From NCBI GenBank assembly GCA_001938485.1, contig MQRK01207426.1, forward strand, positions 26,183 to 81,027: a stretch of DNA of 54,845 nucleotides. Reading direction: 5' to 3'. Origin of the DNA: Girardia tigrina. Its lineage: Eukaryota. A program made the position numbers and the translations under genes. Positions 37,018 to 48,869 of this stretch are shown here, piece by piece. A model generated the notes under the pieces. It saw nothing but the letters and a program-made list of their open reading frames with translations. It made no database searches and had not been told where the DNA came from. Each line of letters begins with the position of its first letter. Position 1 is the stretch's first letter.

Positions 37018-38216
37018 TATGGCAACCGAAAGATTAACCTCGAAACTAGACCTAATAGACCTAAAAAAATGACCTATTAACAAAGTTATGTCGTTAGCAA
37101 ATGACCAATAAATTCTAAATTTACCTAATAAACAAAAATTTAAAATTTACCACAAACCCATTTAACAAAAATAAACTTTAAATTAAAAATAGACGATGAA
37201 ATACACAAAAAAACTAAATAATTAGAAAACATTGCCATTAAAAATCTTTTTTTAAACAAAAAAAGTCATTTTTAACATTTTCAACGTCAAAATTGCGATC
37301 TTTTGAGAGTTTTTGTCATCTAGAAAAACTTCTCTCAACATAAGCGCTTGGGCATAGCGCTTTCATTAAAAACATATACGTTTCAGGAAACATTTCTTGA
37401 TTTGATTCTTCCCACATCGAAAAAATCGTTTTTGATAATCTCTTGATAATGTATTGCTAGATTTCAGCTGGGTTTTTCTTCAAAATCGATATTTTTTTAA
37501 TTTTGAGCAACATTTGTGAATAGAAAAGTTAGTATTTTGCTTTCGTTTAGTAAATGAAAAATGTAATCGTATTCTCAAATGATTTGAACGAATTGAAATA
37601 TCAAATTATCAACTGAAACATTTTTTTTGACATTTTGTATGATTTTCCCATCTTCGAAATGCTAGAATTTTTCACAAATTTCAGTTAAATGATATGAATA
37701 ATATTGAACTGCATTAATCCATGTACCCCACCTTGTTATAAAAAAATCTAGTAGCTTCTCAATGTCCTTAAATTTATCTGAACATTCTCTGTTTTTCAAA
37801 AGTGCCATTCGGTAGAGAATATCAAATAATCAACGTCTTCAAATATCAAGCGAATTTTCACACATCAGTTGTGCAATAGATGGGGGATGCATGTGGTATA
37901 GAGCATTTCTGAATACATATTCTTCAAAATTTTAGCGGTCAAAATATTTAAAATTTTTTTTCTGATCAATTGACTATTTTTATAACTCAATTTATTTTTT
38001 TCAGTTTTTACAACTTTTCTAATTCACTTTCTTAAATAAAAATTGATTCTATTAACCTAAAAAATTAACCTAAAATCTAAAAATTTACCTTAAGGTGAAA
38101 ATTGACCTAAATAGACTTAACAAAAATACTAAAAGTATGTTTAGCACCTAAATTCTTATTTTTATGCATTTTTATTAGAAATAAAAAATTGACTTTATGG
38201 ACTTTTAGTTGCCCTA
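37018..38216 (-). mobile_element. Internally deleted hAT (CGGBP/DUF659-like) element ~270 bp upstream of the NCX ATG
   Basis: TIRs ta(t/g)ggcaac; 8-bp TSD ttcattag/ttcataag; CIPHLLHN, ITRWGTWINAVQYY, YVERSFS..FDVENVK. Confidence 0.85.
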
Positions 38217-38483
38217 TTCATAAGACTGAATATATATCTATCATCACAGCGACGTGACTTTCTCGAGATTACAAATTTCATTTAATTTCTTTTTTAATTT
38301 TATTAAAAACTTCATTGATGTATTTAATTAGTCTTAATTAATTTTTTTCGAACAGGCATAAATAAAATTTATTTATATTGTAATTTCGAAATATTAATTT
38401 CAATCGACAAGCAATCGATTAATTATATAAATTATTAAAAATATTTGTATATACATAAATATTTTATGTATTGACATAAAAAA

Positions 38484-40032
38484 ATGCGAAATAAATCGTT
38501 TCCTGACCACTGCGAATCGCTCAATCAAAAAGGATGTGTCGACGGTATTCTGTTACCGGTCTGGAAGCCGGTCTCGGGAATCACGCTAGAAGATCGGATT
38601 ATTCGAGCGGCGATTTACTTCATCGTCATGTGTTATTTGTTTCTCGGAGTGTCGATTATTGCCGACAAATTTATGGCCGCTATCGAAATGATTACGTCTC
38701 AAGAACGGAAATACAGAATCAAGAAATCGAAGGATGTTTCGGAAGTCATTTATATGAAAGTATGGAACGAAACAGTGTCGAATTTAACGCTGATGGCTCT
38801 CGGTTCTTCAGCTCCGGAAATTCTTCTATCGATTATCGAAATCATCGGTAAACGGTTCGAAGCCGGCGAATTAGGTCCTGGAACGATCGTCGGTTCTGCG
38901 GCTTTTAATCTCTTTATAATCATTGGAATATGTGTTGTTGTCGTTCCGAAAAACGAGTCTCGGAAAACGAGAAATCTAACAGTGTTCATAGTTACAACAA
39001 TTTGGTCGTTATTTGCGTATATTTGGATGTTCGTAATTCTATCTGTCATTTCTCCGGGAATCGTTGAAGTTTGGGAAGCCGTTTTGACTTTTCTGTTCTT
39101 TCCGTTGACGGTTATTTCCGCTTATTTAGCTGACATAAAACTTTGTGGTAAAGTAAGAATCCTGGAAAATGTGATGAGTACGTCTACGCCGAGTAGAGAA
39201 TTGAAAGTCTCTTCCAAATCCACAGGAAACGATTTTTCAACCGTTAAAAGTGACAGTACGACCGAGAATGATTTGGATTTCCCTGATCGTAATACCACAA
39301 CGTCTGATGAAAGTGACAAAATAGATCAAATACGAATGGAATATTTAGAAGTGATTAAAGATTTGAGACATAGTAATAGTAATTTGGGTCCGAGAGAACT
39401 GGAATTACTAGCTGAATCGGAGTTATTTAATAGAAAAACCAAAAGTCGTGCTTATTATCGAATGGAAGCCATGAGATATATAACGGGAAATGCTCCTCCA
39501 ATTAAAAAATTACCTATGCCCTCTAATTTAAGTGATTTTCCGGAAATTAAAGCTATCAAGGATAAAAATTCGCAACAAATACTTTTTTCTCCAGACCGGT
39601 ACACAGTTTTGGAAAATGAAGGCAAAGTCAGTATTACTGTTAAAAGAATTGGTATTCTTATTGAATCAACTGTCGTAGAAGTAGAGTATTTCACTGAAGA
39701 TGGAACTGCAAAGAAAGAAAGTGATTATGTGGCTAAAACAGGAAAATTGAGGTTTGAGTGTGGTAAAGATACTCAAAATATTATGGTCGAGATAGTTGAT
39801 GACGATGTTTTTGAGGAAGATGAACATTTTTTTGTGAAATTAAAAAATCCTGTGTTGATTAGAAACGAAAATATTTCTAATGAGTCATTTCAGCTTGAGC
39901 TTGGAAGTTTAAAGTCAGCAGCAGTTATGATATTAGATGATGACTATGGCGGCACATTTCATTTTCAAGAAACAAAAATGAGGATTATTGAAAACATCGG
40001 AAATGTAGAAGTTAAAGTCATGAGATCATCAG
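38484..40032 (+). CDS. NCX: Na+/Ca2+ exchanger (SLC8), large coding exon: TM1-5, alpha-1 repeat, CBD1, start of CBD2
   Basis: YLFLGVSIIADKFMAAIEMITSQE, WNETVSNLTLMALGSSAPEILLS, GPGTIVGSAAFN, KSRAYYR, IVDDDVFEEDEHF, ILDDD; phase-1 donor G|GTAGGG at 40033. Confidence 0.95.
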
Positions 40033-40422
40033 GTAGGGTTTTGTTTTATTTTTATTAACATAATTATTGATTCAATAACTAGTTTTCATTGAATATATAT
40101 GGTTATTATCTAGAATAATAATTTATTCTTATCACCCATTATAATTTACAATATTTATAATTAACTACACCTATTATCATTTTGTTCTAACCTTTTTTCA
40201 ATTGGTTCTAACCCATTGTTAAAAATTTATAAAAACTAAGAGAAAAATATGTATAAATATGTAAATAATTTAAATATACATTATTTTGTATTCAAATAAA
40301 TGAAAAAGTACTTTAAGTGATTTAAAATCAGAAATAAATTCCTTTCTGTGAAATTATAATATTATTACTTTCCTCAATTAGATGATTATAACTGCAAATT
40401 GCAAATGATTATAACCCTTATA

Positions 40423-41457
40423 CACCCGTTTTCTTCTTGATTGGGCATTGTGCCACTTAAATAGGGCACTCTATACTTAAGATTTAAAAACCTAACCATA
40501 TAAATACTAACTGACCAATGAAATTCAACCATTTTTTCAATTTGATATAATATATTCATTTTAAAAGGGCATTAATATATGAAAAATAAATATGCATGCA
40601 AAAACACACATACAAACCACAAACACACCAAAAAATTCAAAGACACTAATACTTTTGCATTTTCATAGGGCCCTTTTCGTTTTAATAGGACAATTTAAAA
40701 TTAAAATTAACAAAAAAATAATTTTTTTAAGAATTATTTTCCAAATTGAAATATAAATATAGTAATTTATTACTCGGAAACCGAAATAAAGATGAAACAC
40801 AAGAAAAAAGGAAATTTTGTGTTTAACTAATCGTCATTTAATATTTGTAATACAGAATAAACAAATTCAAACAATAAAAAGCAAGTATTTATTAAATTAT
40901 ATTAAATAATAACATAGATGTGTTTCTCTGTACAAAAAAACATCAAAACGTGATCTTTTCTTTTACGAAGTTCATTGATATTTATCTAAACGCGATTCGC
41001 CGTTATTGGGCACCTACAACACAAAACCCTAAAGTCTCTCAAGTGAATCTAAGTGAGAAAATTCCAAAATGATTCTGTAGTGATTAATGAGATGTAGTTT
41101 CGATGCAGCTAAATCCGAGTCAATACTGCAGGACTTATTTATGTAGTCGGTCTTTTGATGCATTCGTCATCGTAAACATCTGAAATCTTGGAATCTAAAT
41201 TGCATTTCCAACAGCAGTCCAGTTCGCATTTAGGCTTTCTATAGAACGAGCAATGGAGAATGCTGTTGTTTTATTTTATTCGCATGTTTTCCATTTATAT
41301 AAGCACATTTAATTCCATATCGATAATTAATAATAGAAATAATTGTTGATAATTTCATTACAACAATAAATTAAAATTTAAATATGCCATAATACATATT
41401 TCTATACATAGGGCCCGTAACAAATGGCAAAATGCCCTATTAAAATGAAAACAGGTG
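40423..41457 (-). mobile_element. Non-autonomous TA-flanked (pogo-like) DNA transposon in NCX intron
   Basis: Imperfect ~36-bp TIRs cacc(c/t)gttttc..gggcatt.tgcca; TA on both sides; decayed HTH-like frame at ~40950-41295. Confidence 0.65.
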
Positions 41458-41559
41458 TATTATAGGGGTAAGAAAACAAGCTATCATTATTTGTATGCAA
41501 CCAATAATTGTGATGCACACAGCAAAAAACATGCATAATTGTTTTTGCAAATGCTTATA

Positions 41560-42190
41560 ACCTTTCCATTTACATATAACCAACATATTTAAAAAGCAAT
41601 ATCAAGTAATTTCTTAATGCATTTCAGTTTCTCAAATTCCTGGATTATTCCTATCTTCTCAGAGTCAGTCTTAATACCTTCTCTATTCACGATGTGTCCT
41701 AAAAATTTCAGTTCTTTCTTCACAAATTTACATTTTTCTGAATTAATTCTTACTCCTTCTGCTTGAATTCTCGAAAATAGTTTCTCCAGTCTTTCTATAT
41801 GTGGGCATTCGGTAAAAACAATAATGTTTTGGTTTGATTGAGAATGCCATTTTCAGCTTCCACCTGAATTCCACTTCCATTCTCCGAATTCCACCTGATA
41901 ATAAGCATTCCTTAAATCGATTGAGCTAAACCATTTCCTGCCAATCAACGAATCTAGGATTTAATCTATATTTGGCATTAGAAATGCTGGTCTTTTTGTT
42001 ATTTGGTTCAATAATCTGAAGTTCAGACATAAGCATTTTTCCTTTTTCTCTTTTTCCCAGATACAAACCATTTATGCGTTTTGAAAAAAAATATTTCTTT
42101 ATTATCCATTGTTGTTCGAGATTATATATTGCATCATTGATATGTCACTCTAACTGCGTTGGTAAACGACGTGGGTTTTGTAATAAAACG
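41560..42190 (-). mobile_element. Gypsy RT fragment
   Basis: FRLLNQITKRPAF..WFSSIDLRNAYYQVE..KFLGHIV..GIKTD. Confidence 0.8.
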
Positions 42191-42216
42191 GAGTGTCAAA
42201 AAACTAAATAATAAAA

Positions 42217-45200
42217 GTGAAGAATATTTGGTGTGTAGATGTTTTTGTGTAGTGTTTGCATGTTTAAATGTTGCGTGTTGATTTGGGATTGGGCCCTTCC
42301 TAATCAGTTGGATGATTAATATTTTAATTCTTATAATCTGAAACTAATTTATTCAAATTTAGATTTAATATTCAAATTTTTAACTTTTTGTTATTGTAAA
42401 TTTTAAATAATTAAAATCAAATTGATGTTAAAAATGATTGTTAAGAGAACTCACACATTTGACAGAACATTTATTACATTCACATTTCTTATCACCTTAA
42501 TGATGATCAATAGTATTGCTTTCACTTAGATCCATCAATCAATTTTCAATATCTCTTATTATAATCTGAACTATACTTGAGAAGATTATTTTATTTAAAA
42601 ATATTTAATTTAAATTTTATTGGCTGAAATAAAATATTTTTATAGTCATTTTTAAACATTAACTTGATTTTAATTATTTAAAAATTTACAAAAACAAAAT
42701 CAATAAAATTATTTAAAAGTTACAATAATAAAAATTAAAAATTTGAATATTAAATCTAAATTTAAATAAATTAGTTTCAGATTATAAGAAATTAAATATT
42801 GATAATCCTTCTGGTTAGGAGAGGCACAATCCCAAATCAACATACAACATTTAAACATGCAAACACTACACAAAAACATCCACATACCAAATATTCCTCA
42901 CAATGATTATAAAAAAGTAATTTTATTTTAGCCAATAAAATTTAAATTAAATATTTTAAATAAAATAATTTTCTTTCAGTTAGTTCAGATTGGGATGAGA
43001 AGTATTAAACATTGAGTGATGGAAATAAGTGAGACCCATCCTATTGATTGTCATAGAGATGATCAAAATTGTGAATGTAATAAATGTTCTATCAAATGTG
43101 TGAGTTCTCTTAACAAGTGCAATGAGACTTTTGACTGCAAAGGTTACTAGGATTAAAAAACTAACCCATATTGGACTGTGTTGTATGTTATAATTTAATT
43201 ATTGCTTATCTGAATCGACAGCGGCTGCTATTTTGATTTTCATATATATTCATCCTTTTTCTACTGTGTATTCATCTTTGTTATATTTTATATCCGATAA
43301 TTGATTCTGTGTAATCGTTTGTAAAATACAACATTATTCTCGGATCCTAATGTCCAAAATTACCGCACCAACGTTATTGGCAGAAACTCGGGACGGCTTT
43401 GAGCAATTTGTCAAACAATTTTACAGATTTATGCGGATTTCAAAGACTGAAGAAAATGAGAAACTCGATTTATTATTGCTCTACATTGGCGCCAAGTTAT
43501 CATCATTCTATAGTGAAAGCACTTGGCCAGAATTATCAGCGGAGGATAAAAATGCCGGAATAACGGAATACTCTCGTGCAATCGCCTTTTTGCGACGTAA
43601 AATAGGAGGATCTAAAGAACATTTTACAACAGAAGCAAATCAATCCATCAATTGTTTTATAAACCAATTACGGAAAATTGGCCAGTATTGAGAATTCCCT
43701 ATCGATTTTGCACATGAAGCTCTCCACGACGCTTTCTGTTTGGGTCTCAAAGAAGATGAAGTTAGAAAGGCGGTATGTCGGGAATTAGTCAAGCAGTTCC
43801 CTTACCTTGGATCAGGCCATGGCTGCCACCCAATTGGAAGAAACTGCTCAAAGAACCTCCGAAAGTCAACTGTACAATCAACTATCCAACCCATTAAACG
43901 CGGCAACCATTGCGAGCAAGGACCAAGGACGTCGGAGGAAGTGTGAATGTTATGGATTGTCGCAAAATCACAAAAGACGGGATTGCCATGCTAATGGTAA
44001 ACAGTGTTTCAACTGTAACAAAGTCGAACACTTAAGCAAGGTCTGTAATCAACAACGGAAAACGTGTAGCACCTTGGTCGGGGGAACAATTGGGAGGTTA
44101 GAAGGGTAAAAATCTAAACGAAAATACATTGAGACTTCTATAAATGTGTACTCGCTAAAATGGCTAATCTATAGCGGTTTTGACGTGTCTTTGCTGTCCT
44201 AAGAAATTGCTGCTGAATTGGGACTTCGGTTTGATGGACCCCTGCTGACATCAGAGCCGCTAATGGAAGCCAGTAACAGGGGTGAATACTTCAGAGATTC
44301 GGTTCTCGAACGGTGCTGCGATTAGTTCTCCGATTTATGTCATTGATCAGCTGAGCGACAAGGCGATTCTGGGCATGCCTGTTCTTTCTAAATTTAAAGA
44401 GGTTCACTTGCAGTTTTCTTGAAAACTGCCAGCCTTGATGGTGTCATCTATAACAACTCTATCGAAATGTAAAAAAGATTAAAGCTAATTTGCTGAAGAT
44501 TCAACCAATTTCCTGCATTAAAATTAGCGAAATGACCAAACCAATTCGAGCATCATCATGGTACATGACTAAAGAGGAAAGACAATTCATTGCTGATGAA
44601 ATAAAAAATTGTCGGTAGAAGGTATCATCGAGGAATCCAAGTCGAACTGGTGGTCACAAGTGGTCGTAGTGAAAAACCAAGGTGGCAAACTGCGCATGGT
44701 TGTGGATTATGCGTCCACAATTAACCGTTTCATCGAGTTGGACGCATACTCTATCCCGTTAATTCTGCAGACACTGGAATGTTTGCATGGAAATAAAGTA
44801 TTCAGCACATTGGATTTGAAGTCTGGCTACTACCAAGTGCCTCTGATTGAAGAAGAGCGACCGCTTACTGCATTTGAAGCCGATGGAGAACTCTGGCAAT
44901 TTACAAGACTGCCCTTTGGGATTACAAACGGTGTTACAGCCTTCTGTCGCGTCATTAATCAAGCTCTTAATGGTCTGAATGGGGTTGTTCACTATTTCGA
45001 TTACATATAGGTTTATGGAAAGAACAAGGAAGAAGACGATGCCAACTTGGAAGCCTTTTTCCAAAGAGCTCAGACCTTAAACCTGACGCTCAACAAAGAA
45101 AAATGTTGCTTTTCACAGACAGAGCTGTAATTCCTCGGCCATACATTCAAGAATGGAAAAATGGCACCTCATGAGTCAAGATTATCTCCTTTAATGAATT

Positions 45201-46913
45201 TTCCTATCCCAAAAACCCACAAATAGCTTGAAAGATTCATTAGTCTCTGTGTTTACTATTCAAAATGGGTCAAAGACTTTGCCACCATCGCTGGACCTCT
45301 TTATGTTGCTAAAACGAACCAAAAATTCCCACTTTCCGATGAATGTGTTGCAGCTATCTCAACGCTAACGAGATCAATCAAAATTGCATCCTTAGTGGTA
45401 CCATTTGATAATGATTTCCCACTGATCCTGGAGACTGATACCTCAATTGAATGTGTCGGAGCAGTTTTGTCACAAAATGGGCATCCTATTGCTTTCTATT
45501 CGCATAGACTAAATGATTTTGAAATGAAATGGGCCTCAGTGGAGTTAGAAGCTTTTGCAATTGTTTCAGCTGTTAAATATTTTCGTCAATATTTACTTGA
45601 AAAATGCTTCGAATTATTAACGGATGAACAAGGAGTAGCTTTCATTTTCGACAGAAAACCCAGGAACAAGGTAAAGAATGCAAAGATATTGCGCTGGAGA
45701 ATGGATCTGACTGAATATAATTTAAATATAAAATACCGTCCGGGAAAAGCTAATGTTGTTGCCGATGCTCTTGGCAGAGTGGCTGTCATTACTAGAGACC
45801 AAGGAAATCTCATTCAAACTATCCATGAAAATATGGGTCACCCAGGAATAACGTATTTGACAGAGTACATCAAGGCAACAGATTTAAATATCGCAGATGT
45901 CGAAGGAGGTGTCAAACAATTCGTCCTGAACTGTTCGTTATGCGCTGAAATGAAGCCAAGGTTTGCGAAGCTGAAAAATGACCGCCTTATTCACTCGGTG
46001 AGGCCTTGGAAACGCCTGTCAATAGATTTCATGGGTCCTAAAGTTGATTCGAATGGACACAAATACATCTTTACGGTAGTGAATGAATGGTCACGATTCC
46101 CTTTTGCCTTTTCATTGAGGACAGCCACAACGACTGAAGCCATCAGGTGTTTGACAACACTATTTACACTTTTTAGACCACCAGAAGACGTTCATAGCGA
46201 CAGAGAAAGCCAATTCGACAGTTTTGAATTCTTGGATTTTCTGAATGCGTGGAATGTGAGAAAATCAAGGACCACTCTTTATAATCCGGCTGGAATTGGA
46301 CTAGTAGAACGTTTTAATGGAATAATTTGGAAAACTTTAAAACTTCGGCTAGCTTAAAAAGGATGGAGTGAAAACAGATTTGCAGAAGAAATCCATTTCG
46401 CACTTATGAATATTCATGCTTTACCATTGCGAGCCATTGGGTACCAATCACCACACAATCAGTTCATGGGATTCACAAGAAAATCAATATTGGATGCAAA
46501 CTTAGCGCCGCATGAGCCTTTAAATGTGACAAGCTTGCCATATTGGTTGAAACCTGGAAACAAAACCTTCTTAAAGGGACAGCCTCGCCACTCAAAATCA
46601 GAGCCATTGGTCGATGAAGTCTTGATTAAAGAGATTATAACTCCATTCGTAATCGAAGTTGAGTTCCCTCACAGCGGTCGAACCGATACAATTTCCTCAA
46701 GGCATCTGGCCTACTGTCCTGATGGTGGCAGTGGGGCAACGACAAATCCGTTGGCTAACTTGTTGGAACCGGGAAGACCACAGCATCAGAAAAAGATACC
46801 GACTTGGCTAAAAGACTTTATAACTAATGCTTGATCTTCTTGTGAGGGTAAATGTTGTATGTTATAATTTAATTATTGTTTTTTTCTGAATTGACAGGGG
46901 CGGCTGTTTTGAT

Positions 46914-46953
<40 letters not shown>

Positions 46954-48298
46954 CTCTTTTTTTCTATGTGTATTCATCTTTGTTATATTTTAGATCCGAG
47001 ATTTGATTCTGTGTAATCGTTTGTAAAATACAACAGACTGCACTATCCGCACCCTTTTATAGTTATTGTATTATCTACATATACTCATATAAATATACTA
47101 CCATACAAAAATCTGGACTCAATTAGAAAAATAACCTTTTTTCGTATTTATTTTTATACAAAAAAAGACTATTTTTCCAAGTGAATCCAAATTTTTGCAT
47201 GGTAGTATATTTATATGAGTATATGGGGATAATACAATAACTATAAAAATGTACGGATAGTGCAGTTCAATATGGGTTAGTTTTTTAATCCTAGTAACCT
47301 TTGCAGTCAAAAGTTTCATTGCACTTGTTAAGAGAACTCACACATTTAATAGAACATTTATTACATTCACAATTTTGATCATCTCTATGACAATCAATAG
47401 TATTGGTTTCACTTATTTCCATCACTCAATGTTTAATACTTCTCATCCCAATCTGAACTAACTGGAAGAAAATTATTTTATTTAAAATATTTAATTTAAA
47501 TTTTATTGGCTAAAATAAAATTACTTTTTATAATCATTTTTAAACATCAATTTGATTTTAATTATTTAAAATTTACAAAAATAAAATCAATAAAATTATT
47601 TAAAATTTACAATAATAAAAAAATTAAAAATATAATATATAAGTAGATATAGGAAATTTAGTTTTTAAATATTGATATAAGATTAATTATTCTCATAGTT
47701 ACTAATTATAAAAGTTATCTTATTCTTTTGACAATAAAGTGTAGTTTATCTCGTTCTGTCATTAAGCATTGCAGTTTCATTTAATCTAAAATATATTAAA
47801 AAGTATAATATTGATTAATCTTTCATAAGTTTTTAAAAACTTGTTGTTCTCTCTATTAAGAACACTAATATGGGTTTTCACACATTTATTTTTTATAACA
47901 GTTTGAATTGTCTTTGAGACAATTCTCAGTAAATCTTTCATAATTTGACATCTCGCTAAATTGATAAATTTTTGTTAATGTCTCGTTAATAAACAATTAT
48001 TCGAACAAATTTTCATTTTAAATGATTTTCAGATTTTATTTAAAAATGTTACTTTAAACTAATAATTTTATCTAAAAATTAATCTAATTTTAAAAATGAT
48101 TTTATTTAAAGAAAAACAAATTATTTAATCAATTTAAAATCAAACGATTTAATGTTGTAAAAGTTTTTTTAATATCTTGTGTTGTAATTTAAAATGTAAA
48201 TTATACTCGAACATACAAAATACCAATTTTCCATATGGATGAGAGAAGCACATTTCCAAATACTAAACTCAACATATAAAATTTAAAATATTCCTCAC
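42217..48298. repeat. Foldback (long inverted-repeat) non-coding element complex, interrupted by a Gypsy element
   Basis: 42217-42439 is inverted versus ~42650-42901; 42902-43178 plus 47041-47120 is inverted versus ~47185-47540; an older copy ends aatattcctcac at 48298. Confidence 0.8.
43179..47035 (+). mobile_element. Full-length degenerate compact Gypsy element (3857 bp, Mag-like double zinc knuckle)
   Basis: LTRs 43179-43333 and 46853-47035 (TGTTGTA..TACAACA); 5-bp TSD gactg; gag 43350 with CFNCNKVEHLSKVC; RT LDLKSGYYQ, LPFG, YFDY; RH ETDTS..ELEAFA; IN HHCC, IDFMGP, HSDR, GLVER; PPT gtgagggtaaa. Confidence 0.95.
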
Positions 48299-48582
48299 AC
48301 TCTCTACGAACCAAACACTTGAAGACATTCTATTTTGAACAAAATCGGTAGTATGTTTAATAAATGATTACTGAAATGAAATGTTTATCTTTATTCATTA
48401 GTTAAAAAGATTTAATATATACGGTTGTATCTAATCATTACCTTTTTTCGGTTATAAGAACCTCAAGCTTGGTAGGCTTCTTTACATTTGTACACATTGC
48501 TTGAATCATTTATATCATTAAACGAACATTTAGAAGTTTTAAAATTAAAGAAACTAACTTTAATCAGTATATTTTATTTTAG

Positions 48583-48694
48583 GTGGACGAGGAGAAGTAC
48601 GAATACCTTTTAAGGCTATTAATGATACGGCTATAAATGGAATTCATTATCAATGTAAAAATGCTGAGATCATGTTCAAAAACAATCAAACAGA
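48583..48694 (+). CDS. NCX: NCX coding exon 2 (CBD2 segment)
   Basis: tttag acceptor; continues in phase as (S)GGRGEVRIPFKAINDTAINGIHYQCKNAEIMFKNNQT(E), matching NCX1 SGARGNVIVPYKTIEGTA..ELEFQNDE; donor GA|GTAATG. Confidence 0.88.
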
Positions 48695-48869
48695 GTAATG
48701 TGTCTATAGTATTTCAATATCATTACAATTATATATATTTTTTAATATTATTATAATATTATATAATTTTATAATATAATTTTATTAATAATATTATTTT
48801 TTAATTTTATAATTTTAAAAATATTTATTATTATTATTATAATTATGATTACGATTGTGATTACTAAAC

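Noticed and set aside
46919-46951. (TA)n runs here and at ~8367-8389
   Set aside because: Ordinary microsatellite slippage; this one expanded from the LTR's tatata.
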